Origin: Eledone cirrhosa
Lineage: Eukaryota
Length of the DNA: 64,000 nucleotides
Reading direction: 5' to 3'
Assembly (NCBI GenBank): GCA_964016885.1
Contig: OZ024740.1
Location: 88,970,001 to 89,034,000, forward strand
In this document: in pieces, positions 14,325-28,619 of the stretch
Position numbering within the stretch: position 1 is the stretch's first letter
Layout: each line of letters begins with the position of its first letter
Made by a program: the position numbers and the translations under genes
Notes under the pieces: model-generated
What the model saw: only the letters and a program-made list of their open reading frames with translations
Databases searched by the model: none
Told to the model about the DNA's origin: nothing

Positions 14325-14359
14325 ATTATATATATATATATATGTGTGTGTGTGTAATA

Positions 14360-14471
14360 GGAACCAGTAAGACCCCGACGGCTGAGCTCAAGCCGTTTCG
14401 ACGGCTAATTCTGGACTAAATGAAAATTTATCATGGTATTTAAATAGCCGAGCTTCTCAAGGGGTAATTCC
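14360..14471 (-). ncRNA. Type I hammerhead ribozyme (U3-A8 core variant), downstream pLTR
   Basis: Minus strand acccc-TTGAGAA-g..cggcta...tagccg.c-GAAA-cggct(tgagctc)agccg-TC-ggggt. Confidence 0.7.
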
Positions 14472-15089
14472 ATATATGGTCAAAGTGATTGTCAAAATTC
14501 AGGGGAGAAGGTGGCTAAACCTGCCAGTAGGAGAAAAGGGGAGGGGGTGGAGTAGATCCAATCAGGCGTTGGTAGTGCCAGCTACAGCTGGGCATGAGGT
14601 CAAAGAAGATACTGGGGAGGGGGAGGGGGAGGAAGTCGGAACGGTAGGTAGAACAATGAGGGGTAAAAATATATACAAGAAAGAAAAAATACTGAGAGTG
14701 ATGAAAAGCGAAAGAAATACTCAAACGAGAAAATAAGGCATAAGTGCCACTAAGAAATATAGAAGGCACGGAAAATAGTGGGAGCGGTCGGAAAAGGGGA
14801 CAAGTATCCGAGGTCTAACACCACTGCTATAAAAAGCGTAGTCCGCCAAATCTATCATAGACTAGGGGAGGGAGAGGGGGTACTGAGGCTACAAGGGGAC
14901 AAAGGGCAGCCTTGGGTGGGCGAGAAAAGACGCCGACAAAGAAGAAGAACTGGGGTAGAAGGACTAAGGAGGGATGGGGAGAAGAAGGAAATAAAGGAAG
15001 CGATAAAAGAATAAATAGATCTTACGTCTCCCTTGGCAAGCAGGGGTTACCCATTGCAAAATCGGCAAGTGGGGTGTTATAGCCCTAGT

Positions 15090-17243
15090 CTACCCTCCCG
15101 GGTCATTATGGGGTTTGAGGGCGAGGTAAGTCCTACGCAATCTATGTTTACATGCAGTCACCAGTTCATCTTTCTTGTTTAGGAGTTGGTCCGTCGATAC
15201 AGCATTTGTAAAGTTTCTTCCGAGCAAAAATTGCACGGACGGCGTCCTCCCGTGTAAGACTTGGCTCTGGATAGTAATCTCCAAGTGAGATCATAGGTGA
15301 TGTTGTTGTCCTTGAGGTCCCATATGTGGCCCGAAAGTGTAGTGGCGTGACGCCGGGCCGGGTTTCGGAAGGTATGTCTATGTTGGTATAGCCGGGTCTT
15401 GAAGTCACATGCGGTTAGTCCTATATAAGCTTTGTTGGAGGTGTCCGTCCTCACGTTGCACTGGTAGATCACATTACGGTCTCTGCATCTATTGTCGAGT
15501 GGGTAAATGGATCTATCCGGACAGTTACACCTCCTGGTCGGCTCTCCACTGCTATTTAGGTTATTTCTGCCATCGGGGTTGAGTTTTTTGTTGTTAGAGG
15601 AGACGATGTTTTGTGCGAAGTTTGGTGTAGTGCTGTAAGAGAGTTTGATGGTATTTTTGTTAATTATGTTGTGGTAGCGGTGTTGTAGTGGGAAGTGTTT
15701 TTCAATGAGCCTAAAGAATAGTTTCCCGATGGGAGTTGTCACCTCTACGTTGTGGGGAAGATTGAACCATGTTACATTGCGTGAGAGGCGGTGTCTCCTG
15801 CTGGTTCCGCTAATGGGAGCTGGACAGTAGGATATTTCCTCCCGGAAACCACTCCGCTTGATGGCCTGGTTGTAATAAGGCGCATGTTCATAGAATTTCC
15901 GCTCATTAGCTGACAAACAGGATATGCGGAGGGAGATGTTTTTGACCAGGTTGTTGGTGATGTTTCTAGGATGGTTTGATCGGCGGTGGATGTAGTGCAG
16001 GTTGTCATTAGGTTTCCTGTATGGATAGTACAGGTCGTTTTCGAGGTCGAGGGTCACGTCCAGGAAGTTTACTCGGCTCAGGGACGTTTGTAGAGTTATT
16101 TTAAATCCCCAGTCGCGGAAGAAGCTGATTAATTGTTTCCGGACCGGATCTGTACTACTGGGGTTGTACCCTTTAAGGGTAAGGAGCCCATCATCACGGT
16201 ACAATCCACCACCGAATGCAGGAAACATATCGGTGAGTTTGGCTATTAGGAATAATCCTATAAGATCTGTGACCTCCGCCGAATCCGTGGCGCCCATGCT
16301 GACGTCGAAAGGTGAGTCGGGAGCTCTTTTTATCCAATTAGAGTCGTCAAAGAGTAGGACTGTCTTCCTGGCGTGGGGGATGATTTTTCTTTCCTGATCG
16401 GTGATGTACACAAGTGTATCGGCGAAGTCCAAGGCGGCAGTAAATAGCGGTAAGGTGATTGAAGTATAGTAGCTCTTTATGTCGAACTGTATGAATTTAG
16501 TGTCTCGTCTATCCTCCATATTGCCGAACCATGAGATTACTTCTTGGGTGTTGATCCATAGGCTAAGTCGGGCGTGTTGCTTGACTTTTGGTATCACGCG
16601 GTCTAGGATATTTTTGCTGATTCTCCCTATGTCGGACTTCGTTGGGCTAATAAGCCTGATAGAGGGTTTACGGTCAAAATCGGATTTATGGTCCTTCAGT
16701 GTGAAGTATGGTGTCCGTGGGTCTAGGGGTTCCGTGCGGTAGGCGACCCCGAGGCTGGAGGTAATTTGTTGTCCATCTCGATTTATGTCCTCGATGCAAG
16801 AGTGGTTGGCCTTTTTATAGGTGGAGTTTCGGCTGCTCCTGATCAGTGTGTGGTATCTGTCAGGGTTGAGAAAGTATAGGTTCCCAGTTTTATCCGAATG
16901 CACCATGATGTCATTGCTGTTATCATACTCTGTTAAGTTGCTACGGAGTTTTTGTAGGAATCGGCTGTGTCTGGGTTTAAATTTAATGTTCTTGACCAGT
17001 TGGAAGGGGTCATTCTCGAAGGGTGAGAGCGAAGGGTTCGGGGGGGGGGGATTTGTAGGTAATAAATCCGAATCTCTCCTTGGTGCCGAAGTCCTGGTTG
17101 TCGCAATATCTGTCATAGAAAAAAGTTCTCCATCTAAGTCTTTTCGCAAATAGATCGATTTTTTGCGTGAGCATCCGAAGGTAAAGTTTTTTCGGTGGGA
17201 TTGGGATGTTCTTGGTAGAGAAGTCGATGTTGTGTTTTCGCAT
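15090..17243 (-). pseudogene. Penelope-like RT + GIY-YIG endonuclease, two frameshifts (poly-G ~17045; 1-bp loss ~15197)
   Basis: RT motifs QFDIKSYY, MGATDS, LYRDDGL, VNFLDV; CxC...C linker; VIY...YIG endonuclease; C-terminal CxxC...CKH. Confidence 0.9.
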
Positions 17244-17416
17244 GGTGCGGGTGAAAGGAATTGAGCTTAGCGGAAAAGTCTGGATACGGCGTGGTAGGGT
17301 CGCAAAGTGCTCTACTACGGGAATAGGAGCTAGATAACGAAGGAAATGTGGTAAGGAACCAGGTGGACCATAACGCACCAAAGTACTCATTACTTAGGGT
17401 AGTAGAGTGGGTAATA

Positions 17417-17528
17417 GGAACCAGTAAGACCCCGACGGCTGAGGTCAAGCCGTTTCGACGGCTAATTCTGGACTAAATGAACATTTATCCTGGTATTTAT
17501 ATAGCCGAGCTTCTCAAGGGGTAATTCC
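17417..17528 (-). ncRNA. Type I hammerhead ribozyme (U3-A8 core variant), upstream pLTR
   Basis: Same fold; predicted GUC cleavage between 17434 and 17433, ~190 nt 5' of the ORF start. Confidence 0.7.
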
Positions 17529-18609
17529 ATATATGGTCAAAGTGATTGTCAAAAGTCAGTAGTAATTCCGTCATTGCAAATTAGTAGGGGAGAAGGTGGC
17601 TAAACCTGCCAGTAGGAGAAAAAGGGGAGGGGGTGGAGTAGATCGAATCATGCGTTGGCAGTGCCTGCTACAGCTGGGCATGAGGTCAAAGAAGATACTG
17701 GGGAGGAAGTCGGAACGGTAGGTAGAACAATGAGGGGTAAAAATATATATAAGAAAGAAAAAATACTGAGAGTGATGAAAAGCGAATAAGTGTAAAGAAA
17801 AAAAAGTATAAAAGCAAGTTCTACGACCTAAGTTTCTAGCTATTGTTAGGCTAGATAAATAAATAAATAAATAAATAAATAAAGAAATAACGAAATAAGT
17901 AAATAAACTAGGTGGGACGGATTAGGCAAGGGCCCTTTTAAGAGGTATAAGCACGTAAATCATACGCTGACGGGTCAACAAATGGGGCCAAAATACTAAA
18001 GAAACTACCACGAAATAAATAATAAAGGTTTCTATCCCGGGCACAATGCCAGCAACCACCCAGTGCAGCAAAGTAAACTAGTACGAGATAATAATTCTGA
18101 GTCCCGAAAAAAATATATACGAATGCTAACTCTAAAAGATCGTATATAAGCTACATGAAAGTTCGTACGAAGTAAAGGTAGAATACGGAAAAATAAATTC
18201 AGAATCCACCCCGCCCAAAAGAAAAGAGAAGAAATATATACTGAAACGAGAAAATAAGGCATAAGTGCCACTAAGAAATATAGAAGGCACGGAAAATAAT
18301 GGGAGCGGTCGGAAAAGGCGGCAAGTATCCGAGGTCTAAAACCACTGCTATAAAAAGCGTAGTCCGCCAAATCTATCATAGACTAGGGGAGGGAGTGGGG
18401 GTACTGAGGCTACAAGGGGACAAAGGGCAGCCTCGGGTGGGCGAGAAAAGACGCCGACAAAGAAGAAGAACTGGGGTAGAAGGACTAAGGAGGGATGGGG
18501 GAATAAGGAAATAAAGGAAGCGATAAAAGAATAAAAAGATCTTACGTCACCCTTGGCAAGCAGGGGTTACCCATTGCAAAATCGGCAAGTGGGGTGTTAT
18601 AGCCCTAGT

Positions 18610-19003
18610 CTACCCCCCCGGGTCATTATGGGGTTTTAGGGCGAGGTAAGTCCTACGCAATCTATGTTTACATGCAGTAACCAGTTCATCTTTCTTGTTT
18701 AGGAGTTGGTCCGTCGAAAACAGCATTTGTAAAGTTTCCTCCGAGCATAAATTGCACGGACGGCGTCCTCCCGTGTAAGAATTGGCTTTGGATAGTAATC
18801 TCCAAGTGAGATCATAGGTGATGTTGTTGTCATTGAGGTCCCATATGTGGCCCGAAAGTGTAGTGGCGTGACGCCGGGCCAGGTTTCGGAAGGTATGTCT
18901 ATGTTGGTATAGCCGGGTCTTGAAGTCACATGCGGTTAGTCCTATATAAGCTTTGTTGGAAGTGTCCGTCCTCACGTTGCACTGGTAGATCACATTACGG
19001 TCT
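18610..19003 (-). pseudogene. Duplicated GIY-YIG endonuclease 3' part of the Penelope-like ORF
   Basis: 127-aa ORF almost identical to the C-terminus at 15090-15480 and lacking its frameshift. Confidence 0.88.
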
Positions 19004-19881
19004 CCCCTAGTTTATGATAGATTTGGCGGACTACGCTTTTTATAGCAGTGGTGTTAGACCTCGGATACTCGCCCCCTTTTCCGACCGCTCCCACTATTTT
19101 CCGTGCCTTCTATATTTCTTAGTGGCACTTATGCCTTATTTTCTCGTTTTAGTATTTCTTTCTTCTCTTTTCTTTTGGGCGGGGTGGATTCTGAATTTAT
19201 TTTTCCGTATTCTACCTTTACTTCGTACGAACTTTCATGTAGCTTGTATAAGATCTTTTAGAGTTAACATTAGTATATATTTTTTTCGGGACTCAGAATT
19301 ATTATCTCGTACTAGTTTACTTTGCTGCACTGGGTGGTTGCTGGCATTGTGCCCGGGATAGAAACCTTTATTATTTATTTTGTGGTAGTTTCTTTAGTAT
19401 TTTGGCCCCATTTGTTGACCCGTCAGCGTATGATTTACGTACTTATACCTCTTAAAAGGGTCCTTGCCTATTCCGTCCCACCTAGTTTATTTACTTATTT
19501 CTTTATTTCTTTATTTCTTTATTTCTTTATTTCTTTATTTATCTAGCCTAACAATAGCTAGAAACTTAGGTCGTAGAACTTGCTTTTATACTTTTTTTTT
19601 CTTTACACTTATTCGCTTTTCATCACTCTCAGTATTTTTTCTTTCTTATATATATTTTTACCCCTCATTGTACTACCTACCGTTCCGACTTCCTCCCCCT
19701 CACCCTCCCCAGTATCTTCTTTGACCTCATGCCCAGCTGTAGCTGGCACTACCAACGCATGATTGGATCTACTCCACCCCCTCCCCCTTTTCTCCTACAG
19801 GCAGGTTTAGCCACCTTCTCCTCTACTAATTTGCAATCACAGAATTACTACTGACTTTTGACAATCACTTTGACCATATAT

Positions 19882-19993
19882 GGAATTACCCCTTGAGAAG
19901 CTCGGCTATTTAAATACCAGGATAAATTTTCATTTAGTCCAGAATTAGCCGTCGAAACGGCTTGACCTCAGCCTTCGGGGTCTTACTGGTTCC
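19882..19993 (+). ncRNA. Hammerhead ribozyme in inverted pLTR copy (stem III mismatch, UUC site)
   Basis: acccc-TTGAGAA...GAAA-cggcttgacctcagcct-TC-ggggt; G>T change breaks the 15.2-16.2 pair. Confidence 0.55.
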
Positions 19994-20120
19994 TATTACC
20001 CACTCTACTACCCTAAGTATTGAGTACTTTGGTGCGTTTTGGTCCACCTGGTCCCTTACCACATTTCCTTCGTTATATATATATGTATGTATATGTATGT
20101 ATGTATGTGTGTGTGTGTTA

Positions 20121-20362
20121 AGGCTCATCGCTTAGTGCTTAAAGCATCGGGCTTGCAATTGAAAGGTTGTCAGTTCAATTCTCGGACCGGGTGATGTGTC
20201 GTTTCCTTGAGCAAGACACTGGAGTTTACTCATTTGTAGGAATGACTACCGGCCTGCCAGCCCAGCCAGTGAGGTGGCGTTATATTATGGCTAAAACAGC
20301 ACGACGTGCTGTGACCAGCGGCGCCGACTGGCGCCCGACAGACTGGTTGGTCAAGATCAAGA
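20121..20362 (+). mobile_element. Second tRNA-derived SINE family (CORE/V-SINE-like)
   Basis: Box A/B-like head (gcttagtgcttaaagc...agttcaattctc) followed by ccttgagcaagacact. Confidence 0.55.
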
Positions 20363-20404
<42 letters not shown>

Positions 20405-22399
20405 GCTGGTAGTAAAAAACTCAGTCAATATGATCATGTTATATATTATATACCATTACCATGATAAAGGTAAAAACGCCGTGTAAGTAAGTAATCCGTG
20501 AGCTAGTTTTAAAACATATAATGTCTCTCACTTCTAAACTATTTTCAATTCAACTTATTCATGTTCCCTCCTCTGCCAGTTCATATTCAGACTGGCAAAT
20601 ACATGAACATATATTTATATGTATATGTATATTTCTTTTCTTACATTTTTTGTGTATTGACCATTAAACTGTCTAAGATATTGGTGTGAGTGGTCTTAAT
20701 TTTGTTAAATTTCAAATGTGATACGTAAATAAAATTTCATTTGAATAAATTTCCTGGAAGAATATAACTGCGCCAGGATATTAAGATTGAAATATAATGG
20801 CATTCAACGGGAAATATAATATTGGTAAGTAGATACATATATTTTAACACAGTCAATCAGAATACAAAAGAAAGTCGGCAGTCGATTTATGGATAAGCAA
20901 GCGCAGATGTATAGTAAAACTAATAAAAAGCGTTCACCCTGTGGGAAAAGGACTATCAGAAAAACGGAATGTATACGTTTAGATAACACTCGTGGAATTG
21001 GTTTCAAGGCAGTCCATAGCTAGTAGATAAAAACTGAAGGCGATAAAACCCAATCGATTATTCAATACAGCAGCCATAATCATTGGCGTGCTCTAGGGAA
21101 TAACTATTGATACATCGGCGGAAATAAGAGCAAACATCATAAAGAGCAATAGATTTCCAAGACATATAAAATGAGGTGAAAATGACCTCTTAAACTTTAA
21201 GATTAGAGCTCTATACAAAATATATTGGCTAAAAAAATAAAGAATGAAATGAATTAGTTGTAGTTAGTGGGTTAATTAAAATTCAGAAGCGAATCGAAGT
21301 AGCTGGTAAATGAATCCCAGGTGTCACATAACTTGCTCTTTATTTAAAAGATTGTAGCAAGAATATTAGATAGTCCGGAATAGAAAAGATGGCTTTTAAA
21401 CTTGCAACGACATCTATAAAATGTAATCAGACACAAACAATTGTTAAACGGTTTCTGTAAATACGTTACACCTAGTTCTTTTTTTCAAACTCATTCTAGC
21501 AGGAAAATATATGCTTGAACCAACAAAAACGATTTCAGAAATATTAGAAATCCATTCCAAATCTCATGGTAATTGTTTATTACTTTGTCAAGTTATATCA
21601 GAAGCAGAATTCATGTTAATAAACCGTTTATGATATATTTACTTAATACCTTAAACTGTTGTCTATTGTAATAGATAAGAATGTATAAGTATATACTGAG
21701 ATATTGTCTATTGAATATATTACCGTGTAGCCAATAGCCCGATGTTTGTAGAAGTAACAGACCCGGGGGCAAATCACAATTGTGCCGATCACACATCACC
21801 ATATAACTCCATAGATCGTAGCATTGATGAAAATAAAATTATTTAGCAATTAATGAGTAATTTTCTTCATCATAAAAGGAAATAATCAGTGACGATAATA
21901 AAGCAGCTGACTTCTTGCTATTATTGAAAAAAAACATATTGTGGGGAACTATCTTCTAATGGATTAAACACTGAAAAGGTATGCCATTGAATAAAGGACA
22001 TTGTGCATCTATCTGTTCATTTTCATGAATTCGTAACCTGCTTCCCCAGCTAAAATTCCTCCTCTGTAAGCTGGTACTGCAATTATCCGCCGGTCAGAAC
22101 ACAAATATAATTTCAAAGTTTCAGATTGCTTCCATGTATAATTTTATCTCATCTAACTGTAAGAAATATCTGGTCATACTGATTATAAATACATCTCATT
22201 CATAGATATCTATCGAACATCAAGTAATCGTGTATACTAAATATCTTGAATTGGAGTCTGCCAGTGGGGCTCCAGTTATTTTGTTGTTTCAAGTAATAAT
22301 AATACATATACAAATGAGAAAACTCATCACTAGAACACCCGTTAAAACAGCTAAATGGTGCCAAAGACAGTGATGGGTAAAATTGCCTCTGTACATTGT

Positions 22400-22970
22400 C
22401 ATTATTTCCACTTCCGTTCATTTCTATGCACCAACACACTTCCCCCTGTCCTCTCATATTTCATCTGACTGTCATCAACATTGGGGATTGTCTCTCTTTT
22501 GACCATTGGCTGCTGTTCTCTGTCCTCTGTGGCGTTTTTGGCTATTGCTGTCTTTGAAGAACTGGTCCAGGACGAATCTCGTTGGGTGCGATGCATTTAG
22601 TAAATGCCTCTTCTAGTTTTCTATCTAGATCTCCCTCTACTCTAGTTGTCTCTTTCATTTCAGCCTTACTAAACCTTCTCGATTCTGCTCTAGTACCCTT
22701 TTGGGGGGTATAACAAATACCAGCAATAGTCGGCGAACAAGGAATGATAAAAAAGTGTATTGAAAAATATTTGGACCAGATAACTGAAAAGCTATCTCTG
22801 CAAGAGATACAGAAAATAGAGCTGAGTGGCGATGCCCATGTCGTGAGAAGGGCAATATCAATTTCAAAACCTTGCAAAGTATTTTCTGATGGTGTGCCCT
22901 CATGGCATCATCTCTAACAATTCCTTGTAAAATGTATATGTTTCAAATTTTGCTTCAGGTGTCACCCTGC
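22400..22970 (+). mobile_element. R4/Dong-like REL-LINE 3' remnant, possibly with an inverted 5' piece
   Basis: 22710-22865 reads IPAIVGEQGMIKKCIEKYL...LQEIQKIELSGDAHVVRRAI, like the C-terminus at 36160-36309. Confidence 0.55.
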
Positions 22971-25478
22971 CACTCAGCATGGTTTGGAAAATAGGCAGTA
23001 TTCGAAGGAAGATTCAAATAAAAATAATAATAATAAACATTAGTATTATTATTACCATTTACATAACTATTTTAATGTTGAACTTTATACAGAATAGTAA
23101 CAGTAATCTGAACCATAGTGATGGAACACCGTATTCGGTTTTGAAAACATTTAACGTCATTTAAGCTGATAAACAAACTAAGTATAACGTCACACTCTGC
23201 CGATAAATTCGTCTGAAAGAGGTAGACAGCTGAAGTATTAGAAACAACAATTCACATTTAATTCTTAATTGCTGAACTTTCTTATGTTGATAATATATCT
23301 CTTACACACATCCGATAGTATTATTTCTTATCTGTAATTCAGTAGCTTAAAGCTTAATTATAATGCCGAATTATTATGAATAAATTATACAATCGATTAT
23401 TTGAGGATTATACTAGTATTGATAAAATAATACAAACGTATAATTAAGCTGCTCTGCCATGGTAAATATACATACGGAAATACTTACGATGATCACGAAT
23501 TTCTTACGAATAAGTATTCATAAATGCAGAGCCTATGGCGTAATTACTTTGTTTACTTTTCACAAAGAGGCTTCATTTGAAATAAATATTCATATGTATT
23601 TAATCTCGAATGTATTCGCAAAATACCAATTCACACAAGATCAATTTCTTATAATTCGACAGCTGAACAAATATATACGACATTTGAACAAACGAATTGA
23701 GTTTATATATTTTATGTGTAGACGAAAATCTAAATATATAATATATGTACAAAATAAATAGGAAAATAAAGACAATATATCAATTTTTCTCAGTCATCCT
23801 CTAGAGATTGATATGATTTTTACATCGTTCAGTCCATTGGGACCAAGCACAATTCTGGCTCATCTGAACATACTGGTAATTTATTATATTTAAAATATAT
23901 CACAGAATATTGTTTACTAAATCAAATGACAGTTGTATTTTCTATCAATGAAATCATATGTATTGATTTCTGTGTTTGCTTGAAGACATTCTATATTGTC
24001 CTCAGATATAACTCCACCAATTAGTGTGCTTATCCGTAGTTACGACGACAGATATAGATAAAAAACATTAAAAGAAATTGGTACCCACTCCAGGATAGGA
24101 TAGGATTTATTTCACATTTATTAAATTTTATAGAAATCGTATCTAAGTATACTCTTAAACATCTGTTGGAGATAATTAACCATATATTCTCCTCGAAATT
24201 TCACTGACGAAATACTGTAACTGCTGGAAAATATGAGTAGAAAATATGTTAATGATGTCATATAAATATAACGTAGTGCGAAATTATAATTTAGAATCAA
24301 TACCTCACTATATGCACCATTTACTGTCACGAATCTTCGTAATGCACTAATCCTGCATTCATCTCCGAACTTTCTAGCATTGTGAATAAGAAACATACCT
24401 TCCATATGAAAGCCAACCAATCAATCGGAGCTAAACTTACTGATCTGCAAGATTAAACTAATTATTACAAGATGCTGCATTATTCATAATATTATGCGAG
24501 TAGTAATGACGATCTTCACTGTTTTAAACAATGTCTCATATATTACGTATACGTGCAGCTAGATGCGAGTCACTAAGGAGTTATTGTTATTTTTCTGAAG
24601 CTCAACCCTGACTGGGAAAATATATGATAACAATTATACCTGCCTTAACCGTCCTATATGTTCGGGTTATGATGATCTAGATTATTTAATGTGTTCTTCA
24701 TTGAACACCTTGTAGTATGATGTAACAGAAATTTGACAACTATTTATATCAGCTCGAGTGTCTGTGCTGAGGCGCCATAATTGGTTAGTGTGTTAATGAT
24801 TTGCAATGACAAGTAACGAATTACCTACCCTCCAGTACATTTTCCACTTCAGTCATCTGAAACAAACTATATAGTGCAGTCATCGGAGCTGTCAATGTCT
24901 AATTATAAATATTTCAAAAGTATTCCTTGAATGGGAAAGAAAGCTCGTGACATATTGTTCAGGTGAAATTGCAGAAAGGTGGATAGTTTAGACAAATAGA
25001 GTCTACGCAATATACCATAATATCAATCTGCAGTATATTACATTCAAATTTATAAAGTTAATAGAAACAAAAGCATTCATGCAATTTGCAATGCATAGTC
25101 CTATATTCAACAATTCAGCAAAGAATTTCTATATGGATGTTCAGAATAGCACTGGAAGGAAGTCATGGAAAATATTAGATTGCACCAAGGTTTAACTTTA
25201 CAAAACGGTTCCATGAAATTGATATTGGAATAAAACAAGCTGTGTTGTCGATAATTTCAATATAAGGTCAATAAGACCTACAACTAAAATAACGCAAAAT
25301 ATGTGATTGAGTAAAAAAGCTTGTATTGCATAGAAATGAAACTATTATTTTCTAAAGTGAATATTCGCAACTGAAAGATAATACTACACTTTATGTTTCA
25401 TTTCTCTTATTTTGGAATGGAATGTATCTTAAACTACCGAAGGTAAGTAGCAGGTTATATGTAATGATTGTTTATCAC

Positions 25479-25743
25479 GTTGCCAGGAACCCAAAACGCA
25501 GGGGCGAGGTTGTTCAGGCGGTTGAATCAATACAATATTCATTCAAAAATAGGTGGATGTAAAATAATGTTAATCCAATTGAAATAAACATTTAAGCTTA
25601 CAAATAATGAGTACGTCACTCATCTCTTCAAATACTTCAAATACTTCCCTGCACGTGTTCACATTGAATAAACAATCAACGCAAGCTGCAACGCTCTCTA
25701 AGGAGTTTCTACAAACACAGTAACCATCGACCTGAACCCGCAA
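25479..25743. mobile_element. Possible degenerate solo LTR
   Basis: Short inverted ends (ttgc...gcaa) around a segment compositionally distinct from its flanks; weak. Confidence 0.2.
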
Positions 25744-28619
25744 TTTGAAAAAAAAAAAGAAAAGAAAGAAAAACGGTCCATGTTATTTTTCTTTCAGAAA
25801 CAAACTTTGGGAATTCATTTTAAATTCTACGACACTGCATGTGAGAAAATGTACATCTCATCGATGGGATTGCATTCACAAGTCCTTATTTGATGTTGGC
25901 TATAGTACACAAAAACCTTCGAAATCTGAAGCTATACATTTAAAATTATAATATTTAATCTTCACACTGATTGCAGAGCAATATACACCACATTTCTGGC
26001 GAAAAGATAACACCTCCACATTTATTCATTCCTCGTGTATTAATATTGATAAACGCTTCTCTTAGTCGACATACTATACTTCAATATAGAGTCTGATTAA
26101 ATATATGTTCTTACCTTCAAATGAACATAACTATCACTGCTCCAATTAAATATTCGCCACATTCTTATTTCTTTCAGGAAAATCAATATTTATCTAGTAC
26201 ATGTATTATAGCACTTACTTCGGCAAACATGGGTGGCATTTCAGGACGTGTTTCTATCTCATTAAAATCTTACCAGAGAACCCTAAAGACATCTGCATTT
26301 ACTGAAGGCGTGATTGGAGAATTCCCTTGTAAATGCATAATATTTTACACTCATAATCTTAATAATTTAAATTGTTTAAGGAATAACACCTCAAGCGCTG
26401 CTGAACCCTAGTAGTTATATAATTCCAGACGAAGTGCCAATTATGATAGAAATTAAGATCTTTAATCTTACATAAAACCTCTAACAATATAAAAAAGAAT
26501 CTCAAGACAAAGCTGTTGCAGCTGCCATTAAAATCAAATAAAACCATTAATTTTAAAAATATTCATTGGTTTCCTATACCTTGTTGTGCAAAAGATTATA
26601 AGTGCACCATAATTCATACAAATATATACAAGAGCATTGTGTCTTCACATTGTTCTTATTATTTTAACAGATTCATGCGAGTCCGTATTGCATCACCTGG
26701 TTCACCCCAGCGTTCCTGACATGTGTGCAGCACTGTGCCTTGTAGATTGATAGGAATGTACACGCATTTTCTTTGTTTGTTTTGGGATATTGTTCACTGT
26801 TTTGGTTGTCACTTGTGTGAACTGTTTTATAAAACGTGTTTGATGTAAGGTGCCTTATGTTATTGAATGTTAAATATGTTTCGTATGTGCAGTGCAATCT
26901 ATTATGTGTCTCAGTGTCGGTTATATGGTGTGTGGTTTATGTAGTGTTAATTAGTTGCATCCGTCTCGAGTGGTGCTTGTATGGTTTATTAATGTTTCTG
27001 TCAGTCATCTGGCAGATCGCTGCAGGTGACGTGTGCAGATATTTTATTATTTGTGTTTTGCAATTGAATCGATAACGTCTTGCGTAAGAGGGAAGGTGTG
27101 CCTAGTAAACAATTTATCGCTGTGTGGTTCATTTCTTGTATATCTGCTCGGTGAGATTAGTCTTTATTTACCTGTTACTAAAACGAATTTGTTGTTGAAA
27201 ATTCTTCTACATTGTTTGCAGCTAAATTCGATCGATTTTCCTCTATCTATCTTCCATCCTCTAGGTCAAAGTATGTGTTTGAATTACAAATAAACCCGTC
27301 AAATAATTGATAAATCCTATAGCGAAGATGGAAATGTGTACGTTACTCGCTGAGAAGAACAGCCGCTTATCTACTGAGTGGATACCTAAAGTCCAATTCA
27401 AAGTCAGACCACTTCAGAAAACAGCAACAATATTATATTTACAAATAATGTATAGTAACGCATTTTCATTTTTTTTATGCGACAGCAAAAAGAGCCAGCC
27501 AGCCACATAGCTAGCCTGTCAGCTAGCCGGCTATATCCTGTCAGCCAACTAATTGATTATCTACCGAGTAAGCATACAATTTGCCAGCTAGACATTCAAC
27601 CGGTTCTTTCGCAGATGCCTCCGAAACCGGGTAGCTGTATCACACTCCAGACTCTATTGCAGATGATGGGATAAACCTGTCTTTTGACAGTAAAGTAAAG
27701 TCAGATAAACACGTTGTTGTGGAGAGTCGAACGCACTATTAAACCAATTATAGAAAAGTTTGTGTGTTTGTGAGAGAGAAAACGTTTGGAACAGGGTAGT
27801 CAATTTTGCCATTGTGGAGGTAGTGAAAGTACACTTCCTAACTGCTTTGAGGAGCGAGGAGGTAATACTCCTGCCGTCTTCGAAGAACTAAAATAGCCAA
27901 GATCAGAGAGAAACGAGCTCTGTCCAATAGAGCTATTCATTGGATAATAGCAGCCGTCATAGCTAACAACAAAAATAGAATAACGATCTTCGACGCCCGT
28001 AGGATGTGGAAGGTGATCTGGTCTGGAATATAAAAAACAAGGTCCTCATTCTAGAAACCAACAATCATAGCCTTCAAGCTGATGTGAAATACTTGTGTTG
28101 TACGGAAGGTAATAACTGTCGGCCCGAGAGTTTGGATGGCATGTATACATGCTAGATTATTTTGGGTGACACTTTGGCATATGTCTGCACCAACTTGCAG
28201 TAGAACTAGAACATTCCTTGTTCTTTTGGCTGAGTGTGTGAATGTGACTGTTCAGAGACCCGAAAAAAGAGAAGCGCATTAAAACATTCAAAATAATCAC
28301 TCTCATTGAAGAGAGTTCAAGAGCTTGCCCAAGGAGTTATTTTACTGATTGGAAATTGACCTCATTCCTTTGACTTTAGAATAGCAGAGATCTGGCACGC
28401 AAATTAAATCCATTCACAACAACCCCCACCACCAGTGATCTATCATAGAATGCGTAAGAGCATGTGAAAGAGTATGTATGGCCCTGATCTACTTTGTCAA
28501 TCGAATGCATTCGATATTATCGAACATCACTACCTTGCGGTCAGTTTCTACATTATCTTCAGTCGAAAAGGAATTTCAGGGTGGACAGGAAATACTCCAC
28601 CTCCAGAAAATGTTTAGAA

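Larger units (their letters stand above)
14354..20072 (-). mobile_element. Penelope-like retroelement: full ORF copy, upstream partial tandem copy (~17310-19003) and inverted segment (~19005-20072)
   Basis: pLTR sequence present 3 times (14354, 17410 direct; 19880 inverted); duplicated GIY-YIG 3' end; flanked by (TA)n/(TG)n; typical PLE tandem/inverted architecture. Confidence 0.92.
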
